Source: Prorocentrum cordatum (taxonomy: Eukaryota). Taken from it: a stretch of DNA of 64,000 nucleotides. The stretch spans positions 62,001-126,000 of the forward strand of contig CAUYUJ010000325.1 of the NCBI GenBank assembly GCA_963575745.1, read 5' to 3'. Shown piece after piece: positions 22,376-35,500 of this stretch. The notes below the pieces were generated by a model. The model was not told the origin of the DNA and did not search any database. It worked only from the letters and a program-made list of their open reading frames with translations. A program made the translations under genes and the position numbers. Numbering within the stretch: the stretch's first letter is position 1; each line of letters begins with the position of its first letter.

Positions 22376-25300
22376 GACAACGTTCGTGGCGGAGGGGGCT
22401 GCGCGCAAAATGATATTTAAACCCGCAGCGGCGCCGCCGTCGAACTACCGCTCGTCACCGCGCGGACCAGGGCGGCAAGGCAATCCTGGCAATATCCACG
22501 GGCCCCGGGGGAACAGCTGGGACTGGACTTCCAAAATGGCGCGGGAGGTTGGGGCGGCGCTGCCGGCGGGCGCGGCGGAGATCATCGACGGGGAAAGCCG
22601 CCCGCGGGAAATGAGTGGACGCGCCGCCTCTGGGACGCCAGGTCAATGTGTGACGCGCGCCGCGGGGTGGAGGTGGCGAAGGAAGCGGTCGTCGACGTGG
22701 CTGCGCTGGTTGGCGGTCGCGGAAGCGGCGGCAGCCTTCGCGGCTGCGGGGGGCGCTCAGCCGCGAAGCCCCAGGGCGCGTTGGGCTTCGGCGCGGCCGC
22801 GCACTAGTCGGCGCGCGGGTTGCTGCAGCGCTCGGCAAGCCGCCCCCCAGGCAGCGCGCCCCCAGGCCGCGCAATGCAATGCGCCCTGCAGGCCGCGGCC
22901 GCGCGCGGCGCTGTTCGCGCGAGGAGCTCGGCCGCGAACTCGACGGCGCGCGGCGGCGCGTCCAATATGGAGGAAGCACAGTGGGCAATCCGCCGGCGCC
23001 GCGGGCCGCGCCGGCCCCAGCCGCGAACGCGCAAGACTCAATATGTATGAGCGCGCCGGAGAACGCCTCGTCGACTCTGTCGCGCCCAGCCCGGATAGAA
23101 TCTATTGCTATTCAAGCTGCCGGGCCTGCCCGGGCATCGCCGGCGCGTGTTCCAACCGTTCCACGAGGCGCGCTGCGCCGCCAGCCGCGCGCGGGAGGGC
23201 AGTAACTGACGCAGGAGTCAAACACTTGAATATCTCGCAGAGTGCGGATCTGCGGGCACTGCGGGACCCCCCGACGCCCCAGCTTGCGGCGCGTCCGACA
23301 TTCGAGCTGCGCGTCGGTAATCTGGCCCGTGGCCGCGGCGGCAGCGAGCTGAAAACCCCGCCGGGCACGCAGCGCCGCGCAGCGTCGGAACGGCCGTAAG
23401 TCGTCCGAGGCCAACTGCGTCTCAATATCAGCAGGAGTCACGCTGGCTCTCGCGACGTGTTCCACTGCGCCCTCCACGGATATCGCTAGCACCCCACGAG
23501 GTTCAATAATTCCACGAGGGGCGGCGGGAAAAACGAGTCCTCAGGAGTCCGCCGGGAATCCTCAGCAGAAGCCCGGAATCCTTCAGGAATCCGAAAGGAA
23601 TCTCCAGGAATCCTGTGGGGCGGGGAGCCAAATGGCGCGGGGTGGGCCCATGTGGGCGGCTTCCTGAAGGAATCCGACTGGGAACTCAGATTGAGGAACC
23701 CTACGGGGGAGTCCCAAGGGGGAGTCCTCATGGGATCTGGGATCCTCCTTGCACGCTATCAAAGTCTGGTCAGGGTCAGAATCGATCAGATAGTTAGTGG
23801 CCTTGTTTCCCTTGGCCATTGGGGCTCTCATTGGAAACCGATCGGGGACTTGTTGAAATTCTACCATGATGGTGGTGGGATGCCGCAGTGAGGGTCCTGG
23901 GGGCGGGATATCACGCTCAAGGACGAGACGCTATGCAATTTCCCCGAAATGGGGGGGGGCGATAACTTGTTTCAACGGTTACTACCGTGTGCCCTTCTTG
24001 GGGTCGTGCGTTCGACCAGATTGGATAGCACAACAATGTGATAGGAAGTCGTCACCCCCCAGTGGTACGACAAGCGAGCGCTAGGCACTGAGCATGTACT
24101 ATAAGACTCCTGAACGCGCGAATCGACCATGTGGGGGCGACGCACGCCGAGTAAAAGTATGCTTGGGCGAAGCTGATCGGATGGAGGGCAGTTTTTCTTC
24201 AGAATGGGGCTATCGCTTTAGCATCGCCGCGCTCGTTTGAAAACATAAACGGCGTCCTCGCCTTAGCGCAGCGCTCAATCGTTCTCAGAACTTGCATCCG
24301 TTAGAATGATGGGGGCCGGTTCTTTTTCGAACTGAGGCTTTGGCTTGAGGCTCCCTACACTTTGAAACCCGCAATTTCAATGCGCCACGCAATGCGCGGA
24401 TCGAGGGCGGCTCATTATCAAAATAGAACCTTCGCGTGAGAATTCCTCGAAGCTCATGACCACAAGTGTAAAGCTGCGCAAGACATGCATGGATATGGGA
24501 GCGGCCCTTTCTTTCGCAAGGAAAATATCGCTGGGAACCTCGTTCAATTGTCTGGCAATATTATTTGGAACCCTACTTACACACCATTGGCAGATCTTTT
24601 CAAAACGGGGCACTCGCCAAAATGGCATGTCCTTGCGGCGCGGGCCTTTCAAGAGAGGCACTTTTGGTAGTGACCTAACAAGGTTGCAGGGCAGTATGGG
24701 GAGGGACTTTGGACGGGAGGGTGTCTTGCAACATCGCTGGTGCATAATGGATATATACGAGAAAAGCGCACATGCACCGTGCCATGTCTGGATTTCCTTC
24801 AGGTCCCGCTCCAACGCGGTGCGACGCTCAGGTGCCGAACGACTATGCACCGTACCATCCCTGGGCCGAGGATTCACGACGACTCGGCAGACGCAACCGC
24901 GGCACGGTACATACAGGCCGCCCGCGGAGTTTACTCTAGTCCTCTTCCTCCTGCTCTTCCTCCTTCCGCTCCTCTTCACCCTCCTCCTCCTCCTCCTCCT
25001 CGTCCTCCTCCTCCCCCTTCTCTTCCTCATCCTCCTCCTCCCGTTGGCCTAACCTAAGAAGCAGGAGTGCTTCTCAGGACCTTCCACCCTTCCCCTATTA
25101 CCACCTCCGCATGTGGCCGATCCCCCAATCTCCCGCTCATTCCTGCCAGGGCCTGGCGGACCTCGCGCAGGCCATCCGTGCCGGCAACGCGCGGCCGCAC
25201 CGCGCGGCCGCACCGCTTGGCTCCGCGGGGCAAGGCACAGCCCACGGGCGCAGGGGTATTAAGCAAGCGGCGACGACGTCTGGCCAGAGAGGCTCGAGGC

Positions 25301-26599
25301 GACGTGCTGCGGTGCGTTGGAGAGCGCGTCGCGCGAGCAGTTGCGCTCCAGGGAGAGCAAGGGGCATCCAGAAGCAGGGCGCCCAGAAGCGGGGTCCTCC
25401 CTCATCCAGCACGCCGATTATTAGCTCCATGGGGGGGGGCTACAGTAGCGTTGAAAAAATTGCACTGGTCAAATAAAGTGGACGCACAAACAGGTTCGAG
25501 ACTCACGGTCTCCCTTGCCATAACGGCAAGACAACCACGAATGGACAAATCGCATCACATCCGAGCTTGTTATATACTGCTGTACAATCACGCACGATAC
25601 CGTTCACAAACAACCTCCATTCCCCCACTCCTCTGTCGCCCTCCTGACCAGCCGATGTGCAGCCCTTCGGCTACAGTTTCATCGATCTGGCCACTCGCCG
25701 CTCATGGGCAAAGCTGGCCTCCCTACGTTCACATCATGCCGGACCATTTCTTCGATGGTCACGGGCAGCCTAAGAGTTCTGCGCAACGGCAAGATGAACC
25801 TGAGAGCACTTCAGTCCAGTCAATACAGCCGCGACCGAAAATAAGGACACCCGAGAGGACGCACATGTCTACCAAGGGCGACATGCCACGAACAAACGGG
25901 AAAACACACGGCACGACACGCAGAAGATTGAGAGGACAACCGTGAGGGCGCCTTCGCTTGTGCAGGGCCGACAGCTCCACCCATCGGTCACCACTGTGCC
26001 GCCGAGAGCCTGAACGGAACGCAAACCAAGTCGTGTTTGTGCTCGTTTCTTACAAAGAGGCCAGGGTGTCCGACGTCCACGAGGGGGGGTTGCAACTCAT
26101 GGCCCGAGGTATGTGCGCGGCGCAGGTGGAGCCAGGGGATATATTGAAAGAATAAGGGACGCCATGAAATCCTGGGAGACTATCCCTGGCCATGATATGA
26201 ACCCCCTGGCTTGTCATCACCCCCCTCTCTGCCGCCCCCTAGAAGCAGCGCCCTTGGGGCGCAACACCATGAGGCCAGAGAGCAAAACCCGCCGCTGTGC
26301 TCTCGGCACGCTGGAGGGTGCCAGACTAGGGGAACAAAACAGTACCCGTTCCTCTACTCCACGAGCGAACCCCCCTCCCTGGAGATCACCGCCCTCCGAC
26401 GGACTAGGGCCGCGACCCCCCGAGGTGGGCCAGGGCCTCCCCGAGACGGCCGCAGGGCGCGCACGTCGATAGGTTGGCGGCGCACATAGGGGGGGGGGAG
26501 GGGGAGGGGGGGAAAGCTTCTTAGAGGGAGGCTGCTTCTTAGAAGGCGCCGGCCTTGCGGGTGGCCGAATAAGGGCAAATAGCCCAGGGGCGGGCATTA

Positions 26600-29500
26600 C
26601 ACGTATTCGCACGAGAGCCTCGACGAAGACATGGATCGTCGGCGCCCCTGGATACATGTGTTGCTCCCCCCTTCGCTGTTTGCCTCAATCGTCGCCTCCG
26701 GCACCAGGGCCAGCACCAAGACGGCCCCGCGTCCCCCCTGCGAGACTCCAAGATGATCCCAAGTCTGATGGGTGGCCCTGGACTTCTGGGCTTTCGGTCC
26801 CAAAAAGCCCCACTCAGTTTCCCAATGTCGGCGGCCCGACCACTTCGAATCGGCTCCAGTACAGTCGATCCGCTTCGAAAGCGCCTGCAGGCCTCGCTCA
26901 AACGCTGTACGGTACGTAGTTCTTCGCCAATGAAGGCCGAGCAGATGCGCCGTACGATTCCCAGGTCGGGGATCGACGACGCCTCGATGGACGCCAACGC
27001 GGTACGGTGCACCCAGGTCGTCCAGGGATCCTAGACGAGCCCACGACATCCCGGGAGGCCTCCGAGTCCCCGGGGGGTCTGCAGGGAGGCCTCCAGCGAG
27101 GCCCAGGGCGGCCAAGGCAAGACAGCTACGGACGTTCTGTGCACGTGCTTCTTCAGACACTGCGGGGAGGCTTCAGAAGGCTCCGACCGTCGGAGGTCCG
27201 AGCGGATTTTCTCGGATCGGCGTCTGGGCGTCGCTGCCAGCGGGGCCCAGGCGCCGATCCGAGAAATCCGAGCAGACCTCCGAAAGCTTATGTTTATACC
27301 GCTTTCCTCCTTCGACAGCCACAACACGGCACCAAGACGGTCACAACAAGGCACCAAGACAGCCCTCCCCAAAGAAAACAAGACGGCCCGCCTCGAGAAG
27401 ACTGCCCCGAGATCCGCCGAGAAGACCCCGGCCCTGAGATGCTTCGACCGAGTTGTTTCGGGAGAGCGGGGGGGAACACTCGCGCCCAAATCCCAAGACG
27501 GCCCCGAGATCCTCAAGAGGCTCCCAAGGGATCCCTAAAATAATCACTAGGCACTGGGGCATAAACATAAAAGTTCCAGGGTCCGCGTGGATTGCCGGAT
27601 CTGCGCTGAATCCCCCTCCCCGGCGCGCGGAGTGCGCCAGGGGCGGCGCCCGAGGCGCCGCCAGAGGGGGGCCCAGCGCTGATCAAAGAAATCCGCGCGG
27701 AACCCCGAAAGCTTACTTTTGGTATTCCTTACTTGATCCATGCAACACCCACCAAGGATGCCTCCATGCGAAGCGATGCGATGCGACCACCGTTGCGGAC
27801 AGCGTCCGGGCCTAGAGCAGACCAGGTGGGTGAGGCCATGGCCTCTAGGATCTGATGTGTCAGGACTCATGCAGTGCGAGACATGCTAGAAATTAGAAGG
27901 AAAGGGGGAGGAGGAGGAAACAACAAGTCCTTGGTGTCGGTGTCGGCGCGGGTTGGGCGAGACGTCTCGACGTTCGCAAAGATTCTACGTCATTGGTCTG
28001 AGTCCCAAGTGCTGGTCGACATGAGGTCGGTGAAGTGGTGCTCGAGCGCTGTCCATGCTTCGGTGTCCTGGGCTGTTTGCGTCCATGTGGGCGAGCAACG
28101 ACATATGTACATGTACGCCCTCCGCGGTCTTGCCTGCACGAACGTCCGCGTTGACACGCACTCCGGGGGAAACTAACCGCGTACGTGTACATATGTTGCT
28201 GGCCTCTGACCATGTGATGTCGTTCGGTTGTCCTTTCGAATGGAATTGCGTGGGCGGTCGGTGGAAGTCTGGTCTGCGTTGACGCAAGTAGGTCGTACCA
28301 GCTCTTGTTTTGGCCACCGTGTTGCCTGTGTCCCCGCTGGCGCGGGTTGAAGACTGGGTGCCAACGCAGCACTCGCCATGTCCACCTCGTCCAGCCGTGG
28401 TTTGCGACTCGTGAAGCCATGCGCCAGACTTTCCCTTTGTGCAGCGTCTCCCAGGTGTCAATGTGGTGGAACTTCATGAGGTGCCCTGCGCGTCGTGTCG
28501 CTCGTTGGGTGTAGTCGACCCATGGTTCCATTTCGTCTGCGGTGGTGCTGTCTTCGCCGTCTTCGCTGTGCTTGTCGGGCGTGTCAGGTGCATCACACTG
28601 TGATGGGTTGCTGTCTGCGTCGTCGCTAATGCTGTTGGCGCGGTCTTCGTGGTTTTGTGCTTCGTTGTTCGCGCCGTCGATCTGGACGCCCGACATGGGT
28701 ACGGAGAGAATGGGTACAATGCCCAACAGCAGTTCCTGTTCATTTGAACAGGACTCGCTGTCCGCGCCGCCGCAGCCTGTGTCCATTCGAAACAGAAGGC
28801 TGCCTGCCAAACAGCGGCCGCTGTTGGTTTGGGGCAACATTTGTTGTTGGGCATTGTACCCATTCTTTCGGTACCCATTCCGGGCGTCCAAAGTCGAGAC
28901 CAGGTCCCTGGCCGTCGTGAGGGTCGTTTTTTTTTGTTGTGCGTCTCCGCGGCGTTCTGATGATCATGCGAAGCATGCGTCGTTGTGTCCGTCGTAGATG
29001 CTGCCGTAGAGACTCCGTGAGGGTCCACGTCTCTGCTCCGTATAACGCTGTAGGTGCTACAGTGCTGTTGAAAAGTCGACGTCGGTGAGCCAGTGGGTAG
29101 CGTTTGCTGGTCAGCTCCTGCTTGCGAGACGCGAATGATGCCCAGGCACCTCGCGCGCGGTGGTGGGTTTTCGATTTCATCGGTTCGTGGAAGCTGATCA
29201 AGTGGCCGAGGTATTTTATACTGCCCTCGTATGGAACGATGTCTACATCAATGTCTTGGAAACGTGCTGTGCGTGAGCTCGCCCTTCCGGTCCTTCTCGT
29301 CTGGTTGCTCAATATTTTGGTTTTGCTTGAGTGTAGTTCGAGCCCGCGTAGCCTCGTCGCGCGCGCAATGTCGTCAAGCATCGCTGTCAGGCGCGGGGGA
29401 GTTTGGCTGGTCAGGAGCACGTCGTCGGCGAAGCGCAGGTTGGTCAGCGCGGCGGTGCTCGCGGATCCCAATTCAACTCCCTTCCTTTTTTGCTGATGTT

Positions 29501-32500
29501 CGGAAACCAGCGGTCCAAGGATGTACGGTAGAAGAGCTTTGAAGAGTAGGGGGCTGCGTGGGTCTCCCTGCTTCGTGCCCCGCAGGAGGCTAAAGGGTCT
29601 GCTGCAGACGTCTGTCCTCACCGTGGTTCTGTCCCTCAAAGAGCTGTTGGAGTAGTGCAACGTATCGAGGTTGGACCCCTTGTGCCTTCAGCACTGCCCA
29701 TATGCTCTTGTGCTCAACTGAATCGAGAGTTTTTTTGAAGTCGAGTGCTGCGACCCAGAGGTTTTGGCCCCATTCGCTTGCGCGCTCGCGCAATAAATGG
29801 AAAGTAAAGAGGTGGTCAGTGGTCGAATGGCCCGGCCTGAAGCCCGCCTGTTCGGCAGTCTGGTGTGAGCCAAGCGTCGGTTGTAGCCTGTTGTACAGTA
29901 GTCGGCTGACTAGCTTGCACTACAATGGTATCGTGCAAATGGGGCGGTACTTTTGAACAACGCGAGATTATCACTTTTTGGTACGACTGTGATGACTGTG
30001 CTCTTCCAGCAGGCTGGCGGCGGGGCTTCGCGCTGCAGGATCGTGTTGTAGAGGGGGAGAAGTGCACCTCTGAGTTCATCTGTGCCTTCTTTGAGCATCT
30101 CTGCGAGGAGGCCTTTCGTGTCTGGGGCTTTACCAAGCCGGAGACCTTTGATCGCCTTGTTTGGCTCTTTCGGTGTCATGGGTGGGAGTCGGTGAGTCTG
30201 CTGGTCGCTGTCAGTCGTAGGTCTGCCAAGTCTGTTGGCCGGCGGGAGGGGGTCGGTCTGCTGGTCTGCTGGTCGGTGTTTGCTGCTTTGCCGGTCTGCT
30301 GGTCGGTCTGCTGGTCGGTCAGCGGGGTCGTCGTTTGGTCGTTGTGGGAGTCGGTGGGTCTGCTGGTCGGTCGGTGGCAGTCGGTCTGCCGGTCTGCTAG
30401 TCGGCGGTCGGTCTGCTAATATACTGGTTGGTCGGCCGGCGCGGCGTTCGGCCTGTTGGTTTGCCGGTCTGCTGGTCGGTCTGCTGGCTGGTGTGCTGGC
30501 CAGTGGTCGGTGGGGTCATCGTTCGGTCGTTGTGGGAGTCGGTGGGTCTGCTGGCCGATCGGTGGTAGTCGGTTTGCTGGTCTGCTAGTCGGCGGTCGGT
30601 GGTCGGTCTGCTGGTCTGCTGGTTGGTCGGCCGGCGCGGCGTTCGGCCTGTTGGTTTGCCGGTCTGCTGGTCGGTCTGCTGGTCGGTCAGCGGGGTCGTC
30701 GTTTGGTCGTTGTGGGAGTCGGTGGGTCTGCTGGTCGGTCGGTGGTAGTCGGTCTGCTGTGAGCTGTGAGCTGCGGGGCCTCTAAAGGCTGGAAACAAGG
30801 TGGGCCCGAGGCTCTCTCTCTCAGGAGCCTCCAGGGCCAGCAGGAGGGGGCCGCTTCGGGCCGCCCTCCCCGAGGGGCCGCTTCGGGCCAACCTCCAGCA
30901 CACCCTCACGAGGGGCCGCGTCGGGCCTCTCCGAGGGCAGGCCGCCAGGGCCAACGGGGGCGCCTAGGCCCCAGGGCCACGAGGGCGGGCAGTGCCGAGA
31001 GGCATGCAGAAGCAGCGAAGCTGCACCGATTGCTAGCTCACGTACACATTCAAATACAAGAAATGCGAATGCACGGAGCAAACGGAATTAGCGTCCGCAC
31101 GCAAGGCGAACCGTCCTGCCCCTGGGCCTCGGCAAGGACGAGGAGCCTCTCAAGCGAAAGCGAGGGCCCGTGAGCAACACAGGCGATCGATGCTAACGAG
31201 AGGTCGTCCAAAAAGGCCCAGAGACCGCGAACGGGCTCGTCCACGCCGCCAGCTCCGCCTCCGCGCGGGGGGGCCTCCTCCGACTCCTCCTCGAAGGCCG
31301 TGCCGATGACGACTGGACGCAGGTCGAAGCGGACGCGACGGGCGCGCCGCCCCATGCTTGCACCTCGCCTCCTGCGGACGCGGCTGCCCTCGAAACCAGC
31401 GCCAGGACCAGTACCGCCAGCCACAGGAGCCGCGAGGGCCCCGCCGCCTCCCGAGAGGAGCGCCGCAGGGTGAGCGCGCAGGTACGCCAGAACCGAAGTG
31501 CTGGCCTGTGGCGCCGCCTCCGACACCGAGCAGGTCGTATCCACTTCAGCGTCGGCAGCACCCACCTCCTGATAGTCGAACTCGGCCGAGTCGGCCGCAC
31601 TGCCAGCAGTGCCTCCAGGGCCGAACACGTCAAAGGCATTCATACAGACATCGGCACGCTCAGGCCGAATAGACCCAGGTAGACCATGCAGAGAAGTCGG
31701 ATCCACAGCAGATCCCTTCGGAAGGGCGTCTGCAGGGGCAGGAAAGGACCGATACCGCCGAAGACGATGGCGATGCTCGTCCGCACCCGGCTCATATACG
31801 GCTTGCTCGGCATGGTAGTCCACAGACGCGCCAGCTGCTAGGTGTGCATGCTGTACTTCACACCCAGGTGGGCCTTCAGCAAACTCTGCTTCAGGTTGAA
31901 CAGCTTCAGCACGAGGTGCCTGGGCAGTCAGATGACCGAGCTCGCGAAGCAGGATCTCCGCCTGTTCGCCCTCAAAGGTCGGCATGAACTGCTCGAAAAG
32001 GTCCGAGCCCTGTGGAACGAAAACCGGGGCCTCAGGATTCCAAGCGAAGCCCTCTTGCCTACACTCCAGTCGCGGCCCCTTCTGGAGGCTCTTGAGAGCA
32101 TGCACTCCTGCGCTGGCGATGCTTACACCAGAAGCGTCGGAGTGCAACGCCACGTTCCTCCTGAGGACGCTGACGTGGCTTGGGAGGCGTCCACGCAGCA
32201 AATCCTGGAGTGCTGGCGCCAGTGCCAACAGGCGGTCGGCCAGCTCCGCATCGCCGCCGGCCAGCGCGCCCACGAAGTCGAGCAACTGCATGTGCTGTTC
32301 CCTGATACGACCAAGCTCCTCCGATAGCTTGGAGACCGCTCTATCCGCTGAGCGAATGGCCCAGAGCCGTGCGGCCTTGCGATCTTGTGCCGTTCTCCTC
32401 GGCGCGCATTCCGCGCCGTCCCGTATCGCCATTCCGCGCCCGAGCAAGCATGCTAGATCGCGAACTGACTTGAGCCAAAATGGCTACGGGAGTCGGTCTG

Positions 32501-35500
32501 CTGGTCTGCTAGTCGGCGGTCGGTCTGCTGGTCTGCTGGTTGGTCGGCCAGCGCGGCTTTCGGCCCCTTGGTTTGCCGGTCTGCTGGTCGGTCGGCTAGT
32601 CGGTGGTCGGTGGGGTCGTCGTTTGGTCGTTGTGGGAGTCGGTGGGTCTGCTTGCCGATCGGTGGTAGTCGGTCAGCTGGTCTGCCAGTCGGCGGTCGGT
32701 GGTCGGTCTGCTGGGCTACTGGTCGGTCGGCCGTCGCGGCGTTCGGCCTGTTAGGTTGCGGGTCAGCTGGTCGGTCTGCTGGTTGGTCTGCCAGTCGGCG
32801 GTCGGCGCGATCGTCGTTCGGTCGTTCCGGCTGCGTCGCCGTTGTTGTCGAGTTGTACATTTGCTGGTAAAACTGCGCGAAAACGTTCGCGACTTGTCGC
32901 GTCGTACACTTGTTGCCCTCTGTGTCTGTCATGTGGGTAGTGAGAGTTCGTTTTCTTCGTGCTTTGATACGCGGCATGCTCTTTAAATATCTGAACTGCT
33001 CCAGTACGTTTGCTTTGTGTGCCCGTCGTCTCGTGCTCTTCTGTGCACGGATCTCTTCCTGTATACGTTTACTCAATTGCTTGCGGGCGTGGTGGTCGTT
33101 ATTTGGCGTATCGTGCGGTTCAGTAGTACATTGTCGAACTGCTTGTGATTGCCGCCACTGCTATACGTGATTATTTTGCATTGGATTGCGAAAAAGCGCG
33201 TTCGCAAAAACAAAGCCTTCCAGGGCGGCCCAATGATGTAGCCAACTACCCCTCGAGGTTTGTTCCCCGAACCCATGGCGGCCAACGTGTCTGGAAGTGG
33301 TGCTGTCGAAAATGTCGGCGGCGTCGTCTGCGTCCTCGGAGGTCATGGAAGCCCCCACCTGTGCGGTAAAATCGCCTGCGAGTATCAAATGATGTCGTGT
33401 TTTGGTGCTCTCTCTCTCTCTCTCTCTGTGAAGTTCGTGGATCATGTCGTACATGCGCTGCACGCGTGGGTCATTCTATCCCGAATGAGGAAAATATGCA
33501 GCCACGAGTTGTTGTTGCAGTCTCCCTTTCTTCACCGACACCGAGGCGAGTCTGGGCGAAAGCGCTTGGAACCTCTGTATGTTTTAAACCCAACGTCGAT
33601 GTATGATCAAGGCAACTCCATGGCATGCTTGGTCATTGCCAGATCCGGCGAAGGCGTGCCCTTCCGAAGTTGTCCAGAACTTTTCGGCCGTTGTTTTCCA
33701 TGTTTCGTTGAGAAGGACGAAATCCCAGTGATCGGACTCGGGCTCACTGATTATCTCGCTGACTCGGTCGTCTGTTGAAAGGGACGGGGCGTTTTTGTGA
33801 ATGATTGTCATATGTATGTGGTCGGTCTGCCCTGGTTGTTGTTGGTGCTGTGGAGGGGGAGGAGGAGAGGGGGGAATGATGGGAGGGAGAGGGCTGGACG
33901 ACGTTGCTGCTTGTCTGTTGTCGACGACGATTGGTGATGGAGTTGCTGGTCGTCGCCGGTCGGTGGCAGGCTGGTCGGTTGGGGTCGGTGTTGTTTGCTG
34001 TGATGTGGCTGTGTGGTGTCGGTGGGCGCTGGTGGGCGTCGCTGGTTGGTTTGCGTCTGTGCTGCTTGTGGTGGCGTCGCTGGTAGGTCGTGTTCGGTGG
34101 AGTGCGCTTGTGTGTGCTGTTGGTCGGTTGGGGTCGGTGGTGCTTGTGGCATTGTCTGTCGGTCGCGGTTGTCGGTGGGCGCTGGTGGGAGCTGCTGGTC
34201 AGTTGGAGGTCGTGTTTCTTGCGGTGGCGTTGCCGGTTGTTGCTGGTCGTGAGTGGGTCGCAATGGGCGCTGCTCGTCGGTTGGGGTCGGTGTTGCTTGC
34301 TCTGTTGCTGGTCGGCGGCTGTCGGTGGGCGCTACGGGGCGCCGCTGGTCGATTGGGGTCTGTGCTGCTTGCGGTTGCAGTGCTGGTCGGTTGTGGTCGG
34401 CGGTGGGCGCTTGCGTGCATTGCTATTCGGTCGGTTGCGGTGCTGCTTGTGGTGCCGTTAGTCGGTCGCAGTTGTCGTTGGGTCGTGGTTGTCGGTGGGC
34501 GTTGGTGGTCGTGGCACCGTTGGTCACGGTTGTCGGCGGGTCGTGGTTGGTCGGTCGGTCGCGGTTGTTGTCGGTCGCGGTTGTCGGTGGGTCGTGGTTG
34601 GTCGGTCGCTGTGGTTGGTGGTTGTGGGGCCGTTTGTCGGTTGGGTTCGTTGCTGCTTGCGGCGTTGTTGGCTGGTCGTGGCTGTCGGTGGGCGTTGGTG
34701 CGTGCTGTTCGTCGGTCGGGTGTTGTGTCTTTTGTGGTGGTGTTGTTGGTCGTCGCTGGTCGTTGGCTGGTGGCGGTGGGCGCTGCTTGTCGGTTGGGGT
34801 TGGCGTTGCTCGTTGTGATGCTGGTCGGTGGTTCCCGATGGGTGCGTTGGTCGACGCTGGTCGGTTGAAGCCCGTGCTGCTTGCATTGGACTTGTTGTTC
34901 GGTTGCGGTCGGCGGTGGTCGCTCGCTTGCGCTGTTGGTCGGTTGGGGTCGGTTTTGCTTGTGGTGGTGCTGTCGGTCGGTGGTTACTGGTGGTGATTGA
35001 TGTTGGAGGTCGCATTGTTGTCAAGAAAGATGCCGTGTGGCACGCCGCCGTCGACAGGAGAAGGAGGAGGAGAAGGAGGAGGAAGGAGCAGGGGGGGGAG
35101 GAGGCGGGGAGGGGAAGGAGAAGGTGGGTCGGCGCTGGTGGGTCTTGGGCACTGGTGGTCGCTGGTGGGTGCTGCTGGTCGGTTAGAGTCGGCGCTGCTT
35201 GCGGTGCTGCTGGTCGGTGAAAGAGGTCGGTGGTTGGTGCTGGCTGGTGTTGCTGGTCGGTGTGGGTCGGTGTTGCTTGTGGTGTTGGTCGTCGGTCGGC
35301 GGAGGTAGCTGGTGGGTGCTGCTGGTCGGGTGGGGTCGGCGTTGCTTGTGGATCTGCTGGTCGGTGTTGGTCGACGGTGGGTGCCTTGTTGTGTTGCTGG
35401 TCGGTGGTGGTCCGTGGTGGGTGCTGGTGGATGCTGCTGGTCGGTCTGGGCCGGTGCTGCTTGTGGTGTTGGTTGGGGGTCGTCGGTGGTCGCTGGTGGG

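Larger units (their letters stand above)
30760..32490 (-). mobile_element. SL-capped retroposed insert, 1.73 kb, nested in the LINE
   Basis: Starts with CCGTAGCCATTTTGGCTCAAG; ends in (CAGCTCA)2; AGTCGGTCTGCTG duplicated at 30747-30759 and 32491-32503. Confidence 0.9.

Noticed and set aside
22386..26200. Several 200-340 aa ORFs
   Set aside because: No recognisable motifs, Arg/Ala-rich or crossing microsatellites; they may hide small exons but I cannot support a model.
32469..32489. SL RNA gene
   Set aside because: Followed by a UTR and ORF rather than a GT-starting SL intron; it is a retroposed relic.
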